Notes under the pieces: model-generated
Databases searched by the model: none
The model's input: the letters and a program-made list of their open reading frames with translations, nothing else
What the model was told of the DNA's origin: nothing
Assembly: GCA_016186495.1 (NCBI GenBank)
Contig: JACPLO010000004.1
Span: forward strand, 1 to 63,463
Direction: 5' to 3'
DNA from: Candidatus Niyogibacteria bacterium
GTDB lineage: Bacteria; Patescibacteriota; Minisyncoccia; JACROR01
Length of the DNA stretch: 63,463 nucleotides
Position numbers and translations under genes: made by a program
Shown: positions 1-9,126 of the stretch, piece by piece
Layout: each line of letters opens with the position of its first letter
Position numbering within the stretch: the stretch's first letter is position 1

Positions 1-663
1 CGCTCCCGGAATTATGATGCCGGGACTTACCAATTCATTCTCGGCTCCGATGATGGTTCAAGATTGTACATTGACGGAGAACTTTGCCTGGACAACTGGG
101 GAGACCACGGCTACAAAGAAGAAAACTGCACTAAATCTCTTTCTTCGGGAACCCATCTTTTCAGGATAAATTACTATGAAAACGGCGGAGGAGCCAGAAT
201 AAGATTCCAGACCCAAACTATTTCTCTGGCTCCTCCTCCGCCTCCTCCTCCGCCTCCGCCTCCGTCTTTCAGCATTTCCGCTAATCCTTCGGTCAGCATC
301 ACGATTATCGGCAAAGAACCGGAAACCTGCGCTTCTGACGATAAAAACAGCCCTTCCATTGTTACCGTAACTTCCTTCAACGGATTCAATGAAAATGTCA
401 GTTTTTCCGTGGCTGATTGGGGAGGATTGGCCAATTACCTTTTCCTTAACGGAACTTATCCTAATGGCTATAACTTCAGCCGCAATCCTTTGGCCAGCGG
501 TTATTATGAAAGCGGTTCAACCTTTGATCTCTGCCTTAAATCGCCCGTGCCCCGAGACACTTATCTTGTCCAGATCAAAGGCAGTAGTTCAAGCCTTGGA
601 GACCGTTATGCCAATGTCAACGTCAATGTTATGAACACTGACCCCACTTGGAAGGAGATTTAA
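1..663 (+). CDS. PA14-domain secreted/surface protein, C-terminal part (5' end lies outside window)
   Basis: Frame 1 is open from base 1. RSRNYDAGTYQFILGSDDGSRLYIDGEL...YYENGGGARIRFQ matches the PA14 signature. An 11-proline linker (232..264) and a beta-rich tail follow. Stop TAA at 661..663. Confidence 0.7.
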   Translation, partial: RSRNYDAGTYQFILGSDDGSRLYIDGELCLDNWGDHGYKEENCTKSLSSGTHLFRINYYENGGGARIRFQTQTISLAPPPPPPPPPPPSFSISANPSVSITIIGKEPETCASDDKNSPSIVTVTSFNGFNENVSFSVADWGGLANYLFLNGTYPNGYNFSRNPLASGYYESGSTFDLCLKSPVPRDTYLVQIKGSSSSLGDRYANVNVNVMNTDPTWKEI

Positions 664-763
664 GGGAGGGGGATTAGATGTTTATGGAGGTCCGTATCGC
701 AACACCGCGCGCTCGCGCGTGGAGCTTTATTTTTTCCGAAAAAAAAGCTATCATAAAACGATA

Positions 764-1372
764 ATGGAAAATTTGCTGAATTTTATATTTATCGGCCGTT
801 CGGGTTCGGGCAAAGGCACGCAAGCGGAGCTTTTGAAAAAACATTTGGAAGAAAAATACGGGCCGGACAGCGTTTTGTACATTTATACCGGCGCTAAACT
901 GCGGGAATTAGTCGGGCAAAAAGAATTTTTAACCGCGCGGCTGGTTGATGAAAAAGTGATGAAAGCAGGAGCCAAAGCTCCTGATTTTTTGGCGGTTTGG
1001 GCTTGGGCCAGCCGGTTTATCCAGGAAATGGATGAAAAAAAGAATTTAATTGTGGATGGTTCGCCGCGGACGATCCTGGAGGCCAAAATGTTAGATGAAT
1101 CTTTTTTATTTTACGGCCGAAAAAAAGTTTTTCCCGTTTTCATTGATGTTTCTCGGGAAGAAGCCACGAGAAGGATGAAAAAGAGAGGCCGGCCGGACGA
1201 CACGGCTGAACGGATTGAAAATCGTTTGGCTTATTACGAAAAATACGTGCGGCCGGCTCTGGATTATTATAAAACAGAAAGTAAAAATAAAATTATTCAA
1301 ATAGACGGCAATCCTCTGGATCCGGAATTAATCCATCAAAATGTTTTGAAAGCCGTTGGTTTGAAACGATAA
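764..1372 (+). CDS. adk: adenylate kinase (short, no zinc lid)
   Basis: P-loop FIGRSGSGKGTQAELL sits right after the ATG at 764. The GTG 719 extension adds a non-homologous leader and was not used. Confidence 0.88.
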   Translation: MENLLNFIFIGRSGSGKGTQAELLKKHLEEKYGPDSVLYIYTGAKLRELVGQKEFLTARLVDEKVMKAGAKAPDFLAVWAWASRFIQEMDEKKNLIVDGSPRTILEAKMLDESFLFYGRKKVFPVFIDVSREEATRRMKKRGRPDDTAERIENRLAYYEKYVRPALDYYKTESKNKIIQIDGNPLDPELIHQNVLKAVGLKR

Positions 1373-1373
1373 G

Positions 1374-2135
1374 ATGCGGATTAAGAACGAAAAAGAACTG
1401 AAGATTTTAAGGGAAGGCGGCCGGCGGCTGGCAAACATTATGGATATTGTTTCTCAAATCGCGGCGCCCGGAATTACCACCGCGGAGCTTGACCGGCGCG
1501 CCGAAGAATTGATTTTAAAACAAGGCGGTCAGCCGGCTTTTAAAGGATATAAAACCGCGGACGCGAAAATTCCTTATCCTTCTTCGCTTTGCGTTTCTGT
1601 TAATGACGAAATAGTGCATGCTCTTCCTTCCTCCCGAATCTTAAAAGACGGCGATATTGCCAGTTTAGATTTAGGAATGAAATGGAGAGGGTTTTATACG
1701 GACATGGCGGTTACCGTTCCGATCGGAAATGTTGATGAAAAATCTTCGCGGTTGATTGCCGTAACGAAAAAAGCGCTGGCATTGGGAATTGGCGCGATAA
1801 AAGACGGCGGCTGCGTTGGCGATATCGGATTTTCCGTTGAATCTTACGTAAAATTAAAAAGATTTTATGTGGTCAGGGAATTGGTCGGCCACGGCGTGGG
1901 CCGGGCGGTTCATGAAAAGCCGGAAATTCCGAATTGGGGAAAAAGAGGAGTGGGTTTTTTACTTGAAGAAGGAATGGTTTTGGCGCTGGAACCGATGGTG
2001 AACGTCGGCACCGAGAAAATAAAATTAACGAAAGACGGCTGGGCTTGGAAAACCGCGGATGGTTCGCGTTCCGCCCATTTTGAGCATACGGTGCTGGTAA
2101 CTAAAATTGGCGCGGAAATTTTGACCAAAATATGA
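1374..2135 (+). CDS. map: type I methionine aminopeptidase
   Basis: Metal-ligand blocks are present: DIASLDLG, YTDMAVT, GHGVGRAVHEKP, LALEPM, HFEHTVLVT. It is tightly packed behind adk. Confidence 0.95.
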   Translation: MRIKNEKELKILREGGRRLANIMDIVSQIAAPGITTAELDRRAEELILKQGGQPAFKGYKTADAKIPYPSSLCVSVNDEIVHALPSSRILKDGDIASLDLGMKWRGFYTDMAVTVPIGNVDEKSSRLIAVTKKALALGIGAIKDGGCVGDIGFSVESYVKLKRFYVVRELVGHGVGRAVHEKPEIPNWGKRGVGFLLEEGMVLALEPMVNVGTEKIKLTKDGWAWKTADGSRSAHFEHTVLVTKIGAEILTKI

Positions 2136-2506
2136 GATTTTTAGGCATTGATTACGGAAAAAAAAGGATCGGGACGGCAATGTCCGATAAAGAGGGACAG
2201 ATGGCTTTTCCTTATGCTATTATTGAAAACAATGCTGAAAAATTCCGCGCCATCGGAAAGATTTGTGAAAATGAAGGTATTTCAAAAATCATTATGGGTT
2301 TGCCTAAGAATTTAAAAGGCAAAGAAACTGAAATGACCAAGGAGATTCAAGAATTTGGCCGGCGGCTTTATGAAGAAATCGGATTAAAAGTAATTTTTCA
2401 GGATGAAATTCTTTCCACTAAAGAAGCAATCCGGCTTCAAGGCCGGCATAAAAAAATAGACGCTTCCGCCGCCGCTCTTATTTTGGACAGTTATCTTAAA
2501 AAATGA
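2132..2506 (+). CDS. ruvX: Holliday-junction-resolvase-like pre-16S rRNA nuclease YqgF/RuvX
   Basis: MRFLGIDYGKKRIGTAMSD N-terminus. ATGA overlap with map. Confidence 0.85.
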   Translation: MRFLGIDYGKKRIGTAMSDKEGQMAFPYAIIENNAEKFRAIGKICENEGISKIIMGLPKNLKGKETEMTKEIQEFGRRLYEEIGLKVIFQDEILSTKEAIRLQGRHKKIDASAAALILDSYLKK

Positions 2507-2530
2507 AAAATAGAATGATATCATTATTTT

Positions 2531-3283
2531 ATGTCTAATCTGCAAACAAATGTTTTTTTATCGGTCATAATTCCGGCTTATAACGAAGCAGAGCGGATCG
2601 AAACAACTTTGGAAAGAATTTCGCGCTATCTTAAACAACAGCCGTACCCTTACGAAATTATCGTGGTGAATGACGCTTCAAAAGACGCGACCGCGGAAAA
2701 AGTGGAAAAATTAAAAAGAGAAATTATTTATTTATCGCTTTTAAACACAAAAAACAACCGCGGCAAAGGTTATGCGGTCCGAGAAGGAATGTTGGCAGCC
2801 CGCGGCCGGATTCGGCTTTTTACCGATGCGGATAATTCCACGGATATTTCCCATTTTGAGCTGATGCGGCCATTTTTTGACAAAGGTTATGAAGCGGTGA
2901 TTTGTTCGCGCGATAAAAAAGACGCGGTCGGCGCGCGCCAGTCCGTGCCGCAAAGCCGGTTTAAACGTTTGCTCGGCAACTTGGGAAATCTTTTCGTTCA
3001 GTTGGTGGCGGTGCCGGGCATTTGGGATACGCAATGCGGCTTTAAAGCATTTCGCGATTTTGCGGCAAAAGAAATTTTTTCCCGCGCGCGAATAGACCGC
3101 TGGGGATTTGACATTGAAGTTTTAGCTTTGGCGCGCGCCTTGAAATATAAAATCGGCATTGTGCCGGCTGATTGGAAAAACGATCCTTTTAGCCACGTTA
3201 AAATAGCGTCTTATTTTCAGGTTTTATGGGAAACCATAAGAGTAAAATGGTATTTGACGCTGGGAAAATACAATCTTAAATAA
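2531..3283 (+). CDS. family 2 glycosyltransferase (polyprenol-phosphate glycosyltransferase-like)
   Basis: LSVIIPAYNEAERI, VVNDASKD, FTDADNS and QCGFKAF are the GT-A/GT2 hallmark blocks. Confidence 0.85.
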   Translation: MSNLQTNVFLSVIIPAYNEAERIETTLERISRYLKQQPYPYEIIVVNDASKDATAEKVEKLKREIIYLSLLNTKNNRGKGYAVREGMLAARGRIRLFTDADNSTDISHFELMRPFFDKGYEAVICSRDKKDAVGARQSVPQSRFKRLLGNLGNLFVQLVAVPGIWDTQCGFKAFRDFAAKEIFSRARIDRWGFDIEVLALARALKYKIGIVPADWKNDPFSHVKIASYFQVLWETIRVKWYLTLGKYNLK

Positions 3284-3294
3284 TTTTTAACAGT

Positions 3295-4320
3295 ATGAAA
3301 AATAAATTTTCCGAATTCAGGCAGGATATCGTGTCAGGCGATTGGATATTGGTTGCTTCGGTACGGAGAAAACGGCCGTATTTTTTTAATAATGTTGAAG
3401 AAAGCGCGCGGGAAAAGTTCTCGTTGGAAAATTGCCCTTTTGAAAATCCGCAAAAATTTGAAAATTCAAAGCCTCTTATCTGGCATGCTTTAAATCCTTT
3501 GAAAAAATCCGCCGGAGAATTTAAAAATTGGTTCGTGCAAATAATCCCCAATAAGTATCCGATATTGATTCCTTCAAAAATTTGTCCTGAAAAAGAACCG
3601 GAAGGATTGTACCATAAAATGGATGGGGTGGGTTATCATGAAATAATAATAACCCGCCCTCATTCGCGGAGTTTGGGTGAGATGAATTATAATGAAGCCC
3701 AGTTGGTGCTTAAAACTTATCAGGAAAGATACCTTCAGCTTAAAAAAGAAAAATGCGCGGAATATATTTTAATATTTCATAACCATGGGCTGAAAGCGGG
3801 GGCGTCGATTGCCCATCCTCATTCCCAGCTGGCGGCCATGCCGACGGTGCCGGCCGATGTTTTAAAAAGTTTTAACGGTTCGGAAAGATATTTTAAAAAA
3901 TACGGCCAATGCGTTCATTGCGTTATGATGGAATGGGAATTGAAGAAAAAAAAGAGAATAGTTTTTCAGAATGATTATTTTGCCGTGATTTCGCCGTTTG
4001 CTCCCAGAGTGTCTTATGAAATGAGAATTTATCCGAAATGGCACGCTTCTCATTTTGAAGAAATAGATGAGAAAAAGAGATCGGAACTCGCGCAAGCTTT
4101 AGTTGAGGTTCTGCGCCGATTGGGAAAAGCGCTGAACAATCCCGATTATAATTTTTTTATCCATACCGCGCCGGCCAAAAAAAACAATATGGCGCATTAC
4201 CATTGGCATTTTGAAATTTTTCCCAGAATTGCCGTCTGGGCCGGATTGGAATTGGGAACGGGCGTTGAAGTGGTTTCTATTTCTCCCGAAGAAGCGGCGG
4301 AAATACTTAGAAAATCGTAA
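3295..4320 (+). CDS. GalT-like HIT-family nucleotidyltransferase (galactose-1-phosphate uridylyltransferase family)
   Basis: HPHSQ (HxHxQ) active-site motif, IPNKYP block and duplicated half-barrel layout. The exact substrate cannot be read from the sequence. Confidence 0.7.
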   Translation: MKNKFSEFRQDIVSGDWILVASVRRKRPYFFNNVEESAREKFSLENCPFENPQKFENSKPLIWHALNPLKKSAGEFKNWFVQIIPNKYPILIPSKICPEKEPEGLYHKMDGVGYHEIIITRPHSRSLGEMNYNEAQLVLKTYQERYLQLKKEKCAEYILIFHNHGLKAGASIAHPHSQLAAMPTVPADVLKSFNGSERYFKKYGQCVHCVMMEWELKKKKRIVFQNDYFAVISPFAPRVSYEMRIYPKWHASHFEEIDEKKRSELAQALVEVLRRLGKALNNPDYNFFIHTAPAKKNNMAHYHWHFEIFPRIAVWAGLELGTGVEVVSISPEEAAEILRKS

Positions 4321-4321
4321 A

Positions 4322-4927
4322 ATGCTGGAAAATTTTAAAAAAAAAATCCATCAAACGGGAATCTGGGTTGAAAGCTGGGCGGAAACGCCTCACGCGTTGT
4401 TCGCGCTTTTCATTTTGGCTTTTATTGAAAGCTCTTTTTTCCCCATTCCGCCCGATGTTCTGTTGATTGCTCTTTTGGTGGCGAATAACAAGGTTAAATG
4501 GTGGAAATACGCGCTGATTTGCAGCTTTGGTTCGGTTTTGGGCGGGCTTTTCGGTTACTTTATCGGCTACGGATTTTATGAAGCAATAGGCAAAAAAATA
4601 GTGGAATTTTATAATTTAGGAGGATTGATGGCGGGGATGGGCGTCAAATACGAACTTTATTCTTTTTGGATTGTTTTTACCGCCGCTTTTACGCCGATTC
4701 CTTACAAGATTTTTACCATTTCCGCCGGCTTTTTTAAAATTCCTCTTTTCGGTTTTATTATTGCCTCAATAATCGGCCGGGCTGCCCGTTTTTTTATTCT
4801 CGCCTATTTTTTAAAACTTTTCGGCTCTCAAGTAAAGCGCGTTATTTATAAATATTTCAATATTTTTTCCGTTATTTTTATTATTTTGTTGATCGGAGGA
4901 TTCGCGGTTTTAAAATTTATTTTTTGA
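4322..4927 (+). CDS. YqaA/DedA-like integral membrane protein
   Basis: ATG at 4322 lies just after the galT stop. FIESSFFPIPPDVLL motif and multiple TM helices. The 4211 start would overlap galT by 110 nt and was rejected. Confidence 0.7.
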   Translation: MLENFKKKIHQTGIWVESWAETPHALFALFILAFIESSFFPIPPDVLLIALLVANNKVKWWKYALICSFGSVLGGLFGYFIGYGFYEAIGKKIVEFYNLGGLMAGMGVKYELYSFWIVFTAAFTPIPYKIFTISAGFFKIPLFGFIIASIIGRAARFFILAYFLKLFGSQVKRVIYKYFNIFSVIFIILLIGGFAVLKFIF

Positions 4928-4942
4928 ATCATTATATATTTT

Positions 4943-5716
4943 ATGAAACGGATTATTGTCGCTAATTTAAAAATGAATCCGGAAACGCGAGGCGAGGCGG
5001 AGCGGCTTTTTCGCGAAATTAAAAGAACAGCTGGAAAATTGCGGGGCGTGGAAACGGTTTTTTGCCCGCCTTTTATTTATTTTTCTTCTTTAATCGTTAA
5101 AGCCGGATTAACAAATTTGAAATTAGGCGCGCAAGATGTTTTTTGGGAGCATTTGCCGGCCAAAGGAGGCGCTTTTACCGGAGAAATTTCTCCTTTAATG
5201 CTGAAAAAACTGGGAGTGAAATATGTAATTATCGGCCATTCCGAACGGCGCGAGCATTTGAAAGAAACGGACGAAATGGTTAATAAAAAAGTGAAAGCCG
5301 CTTTAAAAGCCGGACTTAAAGTGATTCTTTGCGTGGGCGAAAAAGAAAAAAAAGAAGATGTTTTGCCGGTGACGGTTAAAAAAGAATTAGAGAGCGCTCT
5401 GGTTGGCGTTTCAAAAAAAATGGCTGAAAATTTAATCATCGCTTATGAGCCGATCTGGGCGATCAGCGCCGGCCAAGCTGGCCAAGCCGATAAGCCGGAA
5501 GATGTTTTTGAAAAAACCATTTACATCCGGCGGATTTTATTCGATATTTTCGGCCAGAAGTTGGCTTACGGCGCGCCCATTCTTTACGGCGGTTCGGTTA
5601 ATGAAAAAAACGCGAAAGATTTTCTGGCGGTCCGGAATGTTTCCGGCCTTTTGGTCGGCGGCGCCAGTTTAAACGCGAAAAAATTCGGAGAAATTTTAAA
5701 ACAAGCCGCCATTTGA
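4943..5716 (+). CDS. tpiA: triosephosphate isomerase
   Basis: ANLKMN, IIGHSERR, AYEPIWAI and YGGSV motifs. Confidence 0.95.
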   Translation: MKRIIVANLKMNPETRGEAERLFREIKRTAGKLRGVETVFCPPFIYFSSLIVKAGLTNLKLGAQDVFWEHLPAKGGAFTGEISPLMLKKLGVKYVIIGHSERREHLKETDEMVNKKVKAALKAGLKVILCVGEKEKKEDVLPVTVKKELESALVGVSKKMAENLIIAYEPIWAISAGQAGQADKPEDVFEKTIYIRRILFDIFGQKLAYGAPILYGGSVNEKNAKDFLAVRNVSGLLVGGASLNAKKFGEILKQAAI

Positions 5717-6876
5717 TTATGATCACGGCTTCTGACGGAATTTTTAATCTTAAATCGTTAGCCGGAAAAAAGGCGCTGGTGCGGGTTGATTTTAATTTGC
5801 CGATTAGAAACAACCGGGTGCAGAATGATTTTCGGATTAAAAAAACCTTACCGCTCATTCGCGGTCTTTTAAGGAAAAAAGCAAAAGTTATTTTAATCAG
5901 CCATTTGGAAAATGGCGGTAAAATTGTTTCTTTGCGTTCGCTGGCCCGTTATTTAAAAAAATATTATCTTAAAAATTTAAAATTTATTCCCGATCTTTTG
6001 GGCCGGCAAGCGAAGAAAGCGATTCAAGCGATGAAAAACGGCGATGCGGTAATTCTTGAAAATTTAAGAATGAAGGCAGGCGAGAAAAGAAATGACGAAA
6101 AATTTTCCCGCCAGTTGGCTTCTTTGGCCGACCTTTACATTAACGAAGCCTTCAGCGCTTCTCATCGAAAACACGCTTCCATCGTCGGTTTGCCGAAATT
6201 TCTGCCATCTTACGCCGGTCCGCTTTTTTTGAGCGAAGTTAACAATCTTGAAAAAGTTTTTAATCCGCCTCGTCCTTTTATTCTGATTTTAGGCGGCAAA
6301 AAAATATCCACTAAGTTTGAATTTTTGAAAAAATTTATCAAGAAAGCGGATAAAATTATCGTGGCCGGAGCGGTTGCCAATTTTTATCTGAAAGAAAAAG
6401 GTTATGAAATAGGAAAATCTTATTGCGAGAAAGCGTCGGCAACGGATTTTTCCGGAATAAAAAAAGCAAGAAACATTATTTTGCCTGAAGACGCCGTTGT
6501 TTTAAGAAATCAAAAAAGAAAAATCGTAAAAATCGGAGAAATTCTGAAAAAAGACGTTATTTATGATATTGGGCCGAAAACGGTTGATCAGATAAAAAAA
6601 GAAATAAGCCGGGCCGGATTTATTCTTTGGAACGGGCCTCTCGGTTATTTTGAAAAAGGGTACGGCAAAGGAACAAAAGAAATAGCTCAAGCGCTTGTCC
6701 GTTCCGGAGCGAAAATCGTCGCGGGCGGCGGCGATACCGCCGCTTTTTTGGAAAAAGAAAAACTGCTCGGCAAATATTTTTTTATTTCCACCGGCGGCGG
6801 CGCGTTGCTGGATTTTCTTAGCCGCCGCACTCTGCCGGGGATTGAGGCTTTGAAAGTCCGTCCCGTTAAGTTATAG
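5713..6876 (+). CDS. pgk: phosphoglycerate kinase
   Basis: VRVDFNLPI, ISHL, NLRM, EAFSASHR and GGGDTAAF motifs. ATGA overlap with tpiA. The last codons overlap a hairpin repeat (6862..6899). Confidence 0.93.
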   Translation: MIMITASDGIFNLKSLAGKKALVRVDFNLPIRNNRVQNDFRIKKTLPLIRGLLRKKAKVILISHLENGGKIVSLRSLARYLKKYYLKNLKFIPDLLGRQAKKAIQAMKNGDAVILENLRMKAGEKRNDEKFSRQLASLADLYINEAFSASHRKHASIVGLPKFLPSYAGPLFLSEVNNLEKVFNPPRPFILILGGKKISTKFEFLKKFIKKADKIIVAGAVANFYLKEKGYEIGKSYCEKASATDFSGIKKARNIILPEDAVVLRNQKRKIVKIGEILKKDVIYDIGPKTVDQIKKEISRAGFILWNGPLGYFEKGYGKGTKEIAQALVRSGAKIVAGGGDTAAFLEKEKLLGKYFFISTGGGALLDFLSRRTLPGIEALKVRPVKL

Positions 6877-6936
6877 TCAAATACCGGCTTCTAACGAGGT
6901 TTATCAAGTAATGAAGTTTATTGAATAAATTTTCAA

Positions 6937-8658
6937 ATGGCAAACACTAAAAAATGGATATTGAAAAAGTCCTATCCCGCGTCTTTGATTAAAAAATTTC
7001 CCGATGAAGACGAGATTAGCCGGCAGATGCTTTTTGAACGCGGCTTAAAAACCAGGGAAGCTGGAAACAAATATTTTTTTCCCGATTATGAGCGCGATCT
7101 TCACGATCCTTTTCAGCATAAAGACATGAAAAAAGCGGCTCAAAGAATTATTCGCGCGATTAAAGAAGAAGAAAAAACGGTTATTTTTGGCGATTACGAC
7201 GCGGATGGAATGTGCGGGGCCGCTATTTTTTCAGATTTTTTTAAAAAAATCGGCTTCGCGAATTTTGAAGTGCATATTCCGGATCGTTATCAGGAAGGAT
7301 ACGGCCTTTCCCAGAAAGCGGTGGAAAAATTTATCGGATTAAAACCGGCTTTAGTGGTTATGGTTGATTGCGGCGTCACCAATTTTCAAGAAATTAAAAA
7401 ACTTCATTCTTATAACATTGAAGTTATCGTTATTGATCATCATTTGACGCCGTCAAAGCTGCCCGAAGCCTACGCGATTATTGACGCAAAAAGAGAAGAT
7501 GACGATTACCCTTATAAGTATCTTTGCGGCGCGGGAGAGGCATTCAAAACTATCCAGGCAATTTTAAAAATTGAATCTTTTGGTTTGCCGTTGGGCTGGG
7601 AAAAATGGCTTTTAGATTTAGTGGGCATCGCCATCATTGCCGATATGATGCCTTTGACGGATGAAAATAGGGCGCTTGTTTATTATGGCTTGAGAGTGGC
7701 CCAAAAGACTAAACGGCCGGGGCTTCTGGCGCTTTATCGTAAATTGAATTTGAATCCTTCTTTGATCACGGAAGAAGATATTGCTTTTTCCGTGGCGCCT
7801 CACATCAATGCCGCCGGCCGGATGGGGCGCGAAACCACCAGTTTTGATTTATTGATTACTTCATCGCTGACGGAAGCGGAATGGCTGGTGGAAAAAATTT
7901 GCCAAACTAAAGAAGAACAGCGCCGTTTGGTTGATAAAATAATTCAGGACGTCAAAAGTAAATACCAAGACCTTGATAATTTGCCTCCCGCCATCGCGAT
8001 GGGCGATCTTTCGTGGAATCCGGGAGTTTTAGGATTAAGCGCCAACCGCCTTTTGGAGTTTTTTTCCCGGCCGGTATTTTTATGGGGAAAAGGAGAAATA
8101 TCCGGCAATATCAAAGGTTCAGCCCGGAGCGCGGATTTGAACGTGATGGAAATAATGCGCGGCTTGCCTGATGATTTTTTTATTGATTTCGGCGGGCATC
8201 ATTTTGCCGGCGGTTTTAGCGTATCCTTGGAAAAAATCGCAGAGTTTGAAAAAAAAATTAACGAAATTGTTTCCAAAAAATCGCGGGATAAAAATCATTT
8301 TTTGAAAATAGAAGCGGATAAAGAATTGGATATTGAAAAAGTTAACAGCCATCTTTTTGAGAATATCAGGCGTTTCGCTCCTTTTGGCGCGGAAAATCCC
8401 GCGCCGATTTTTTGGTTTAAAAATTTAGAGCTGAAACATCTTACTGCGATGGGCAACAGCGGCCTTCATCTTAAATTATTTTTTCGTAAATCAAACGGCG
8501 AAGAATTAACCGCGGTTTTATGGTTTAAAGGAGAGCGTCCCGAACTTCAGAATTTAACAGCCGGTTCAAAATTGGAACTTTTGGCGACGATTGAGCTTTC
8601 GCGCTATAATGGCCGGAAAGAACTTCGTTTGGGAGTGGCGGATTATCGGATTTTGTAA
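6937..8658 (+). CDS. recJ: single-stranded-DNA-specific exonuclease RecJ
   Basis: DHH motifs are present: GDYDADG, MVDCG, VIDHH and GGHHFAGG (DHHA1). Confidence 0.9.
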   Translation: MANTKKWILKKSYPASLIKKFPDEDEISRQMLFERGLKTREAGNKYFFPDYERDLHDPFQHKDMKKAAQRIIRAIKEEEKTVIFGDYDADGMCGAAIFSDFFKKIGFANFEVHIPDRYQEGYGLSQKAVEKFIGLKPALVVMVDCGVTNFQEIKKLHSYNIEVIVIDHHLTPSKLPEAYAIIDAKREDDDYPYKYLCGAGEAFKTIQAILKIESFGLPLGWEKWLLDLVGIAIIADMMPLTDENRALVYYGLRVAQKTKRPGLLALYRKLNLNPSLITEEDIAFSVAPHINAAGRMGRETTSFDLLITSSLTEAEWLVEKICQTKEEQRRLVDKIIQDVKSKYQDLDNLPPAIAMGDLSWNPGVLGLSANRLLEFFSRPVFLWGKGEISGNIKGSARSADLNVMEIMRGLPDDFFIDFGGHHFAGGFSVSLEKIAEFEKKINEIVSKKSRDKNHFLKIEADKELDIEKVNSHLFENIRRFAPFGAENPAPIFWFKNLELKHLTAMGNSGLHLKLFFRKSNGEELTAVLWFKGERPELQNLTAGSKLELLATIELSRYNGRKELRLGVADYRIL

Positions 8659-8661
8659 AAT

Positions 8662-9114
8662 ATGACGGAAAAAAAATACCAGAAAAAAATTTTTATTTTT
8701 ACCGACGGCGGATCCCGCGGCAATCCCGGACCCGCGGCTTTAGGCGTGGCGATTCAAGACGAAAACGAAAATTTAATTAAAGAATACGGGGAATTTTTAG
8801 GTAAAAAAACAAACAATGAAGCGGAATATGAAGCGGTGATTTTCGCGCTTAAAAAGACCAAACATCTTTTCGGGAAGAAAAAAATAAAAGAAATAGAAGT
8901 GACGATAAAAACCGACAGTGAACTTTTGGCCAGACAATTGAACGGTGAATACAAAATTGAAAACGCCAATCTTCAGCTTCTTTTTATGAAAATCTGGAAT
9001 TTAAAAATTGATTTTGGCGCGGTTAATTTTCAACACGTGGCGCGCGAAAAAAATAAAAGAGCCGACCGTTTGGCGAACGAAATTCTGGATAAAAAAACTC
9101 TTCCGCTTTTTTGA
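8662..9114 (+). CDS. rnhA: ribonuclease HI
   Basis: TDGGSRGNPGPAA, NNEAEYEA, TDSELL and REKNKRADRLAN carry the DEDD catalytic residues. Confidence 0.85.
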   Translation: MTEKKYQKKIFIFTDGGSRGNPGPAALGVAIQDENENLIKEYGEFLGKKTNNEAEYEAVIFALKKTKHLFGKKKIKEIEVTIKTDSELLARQLNGEYKIENANLQLLFMKIWNLKIDFGAVNFQHVAREKNKRADRLANEILDKKTLPLF

Positions 9115-9126
9115 TCTAAAAATAAA

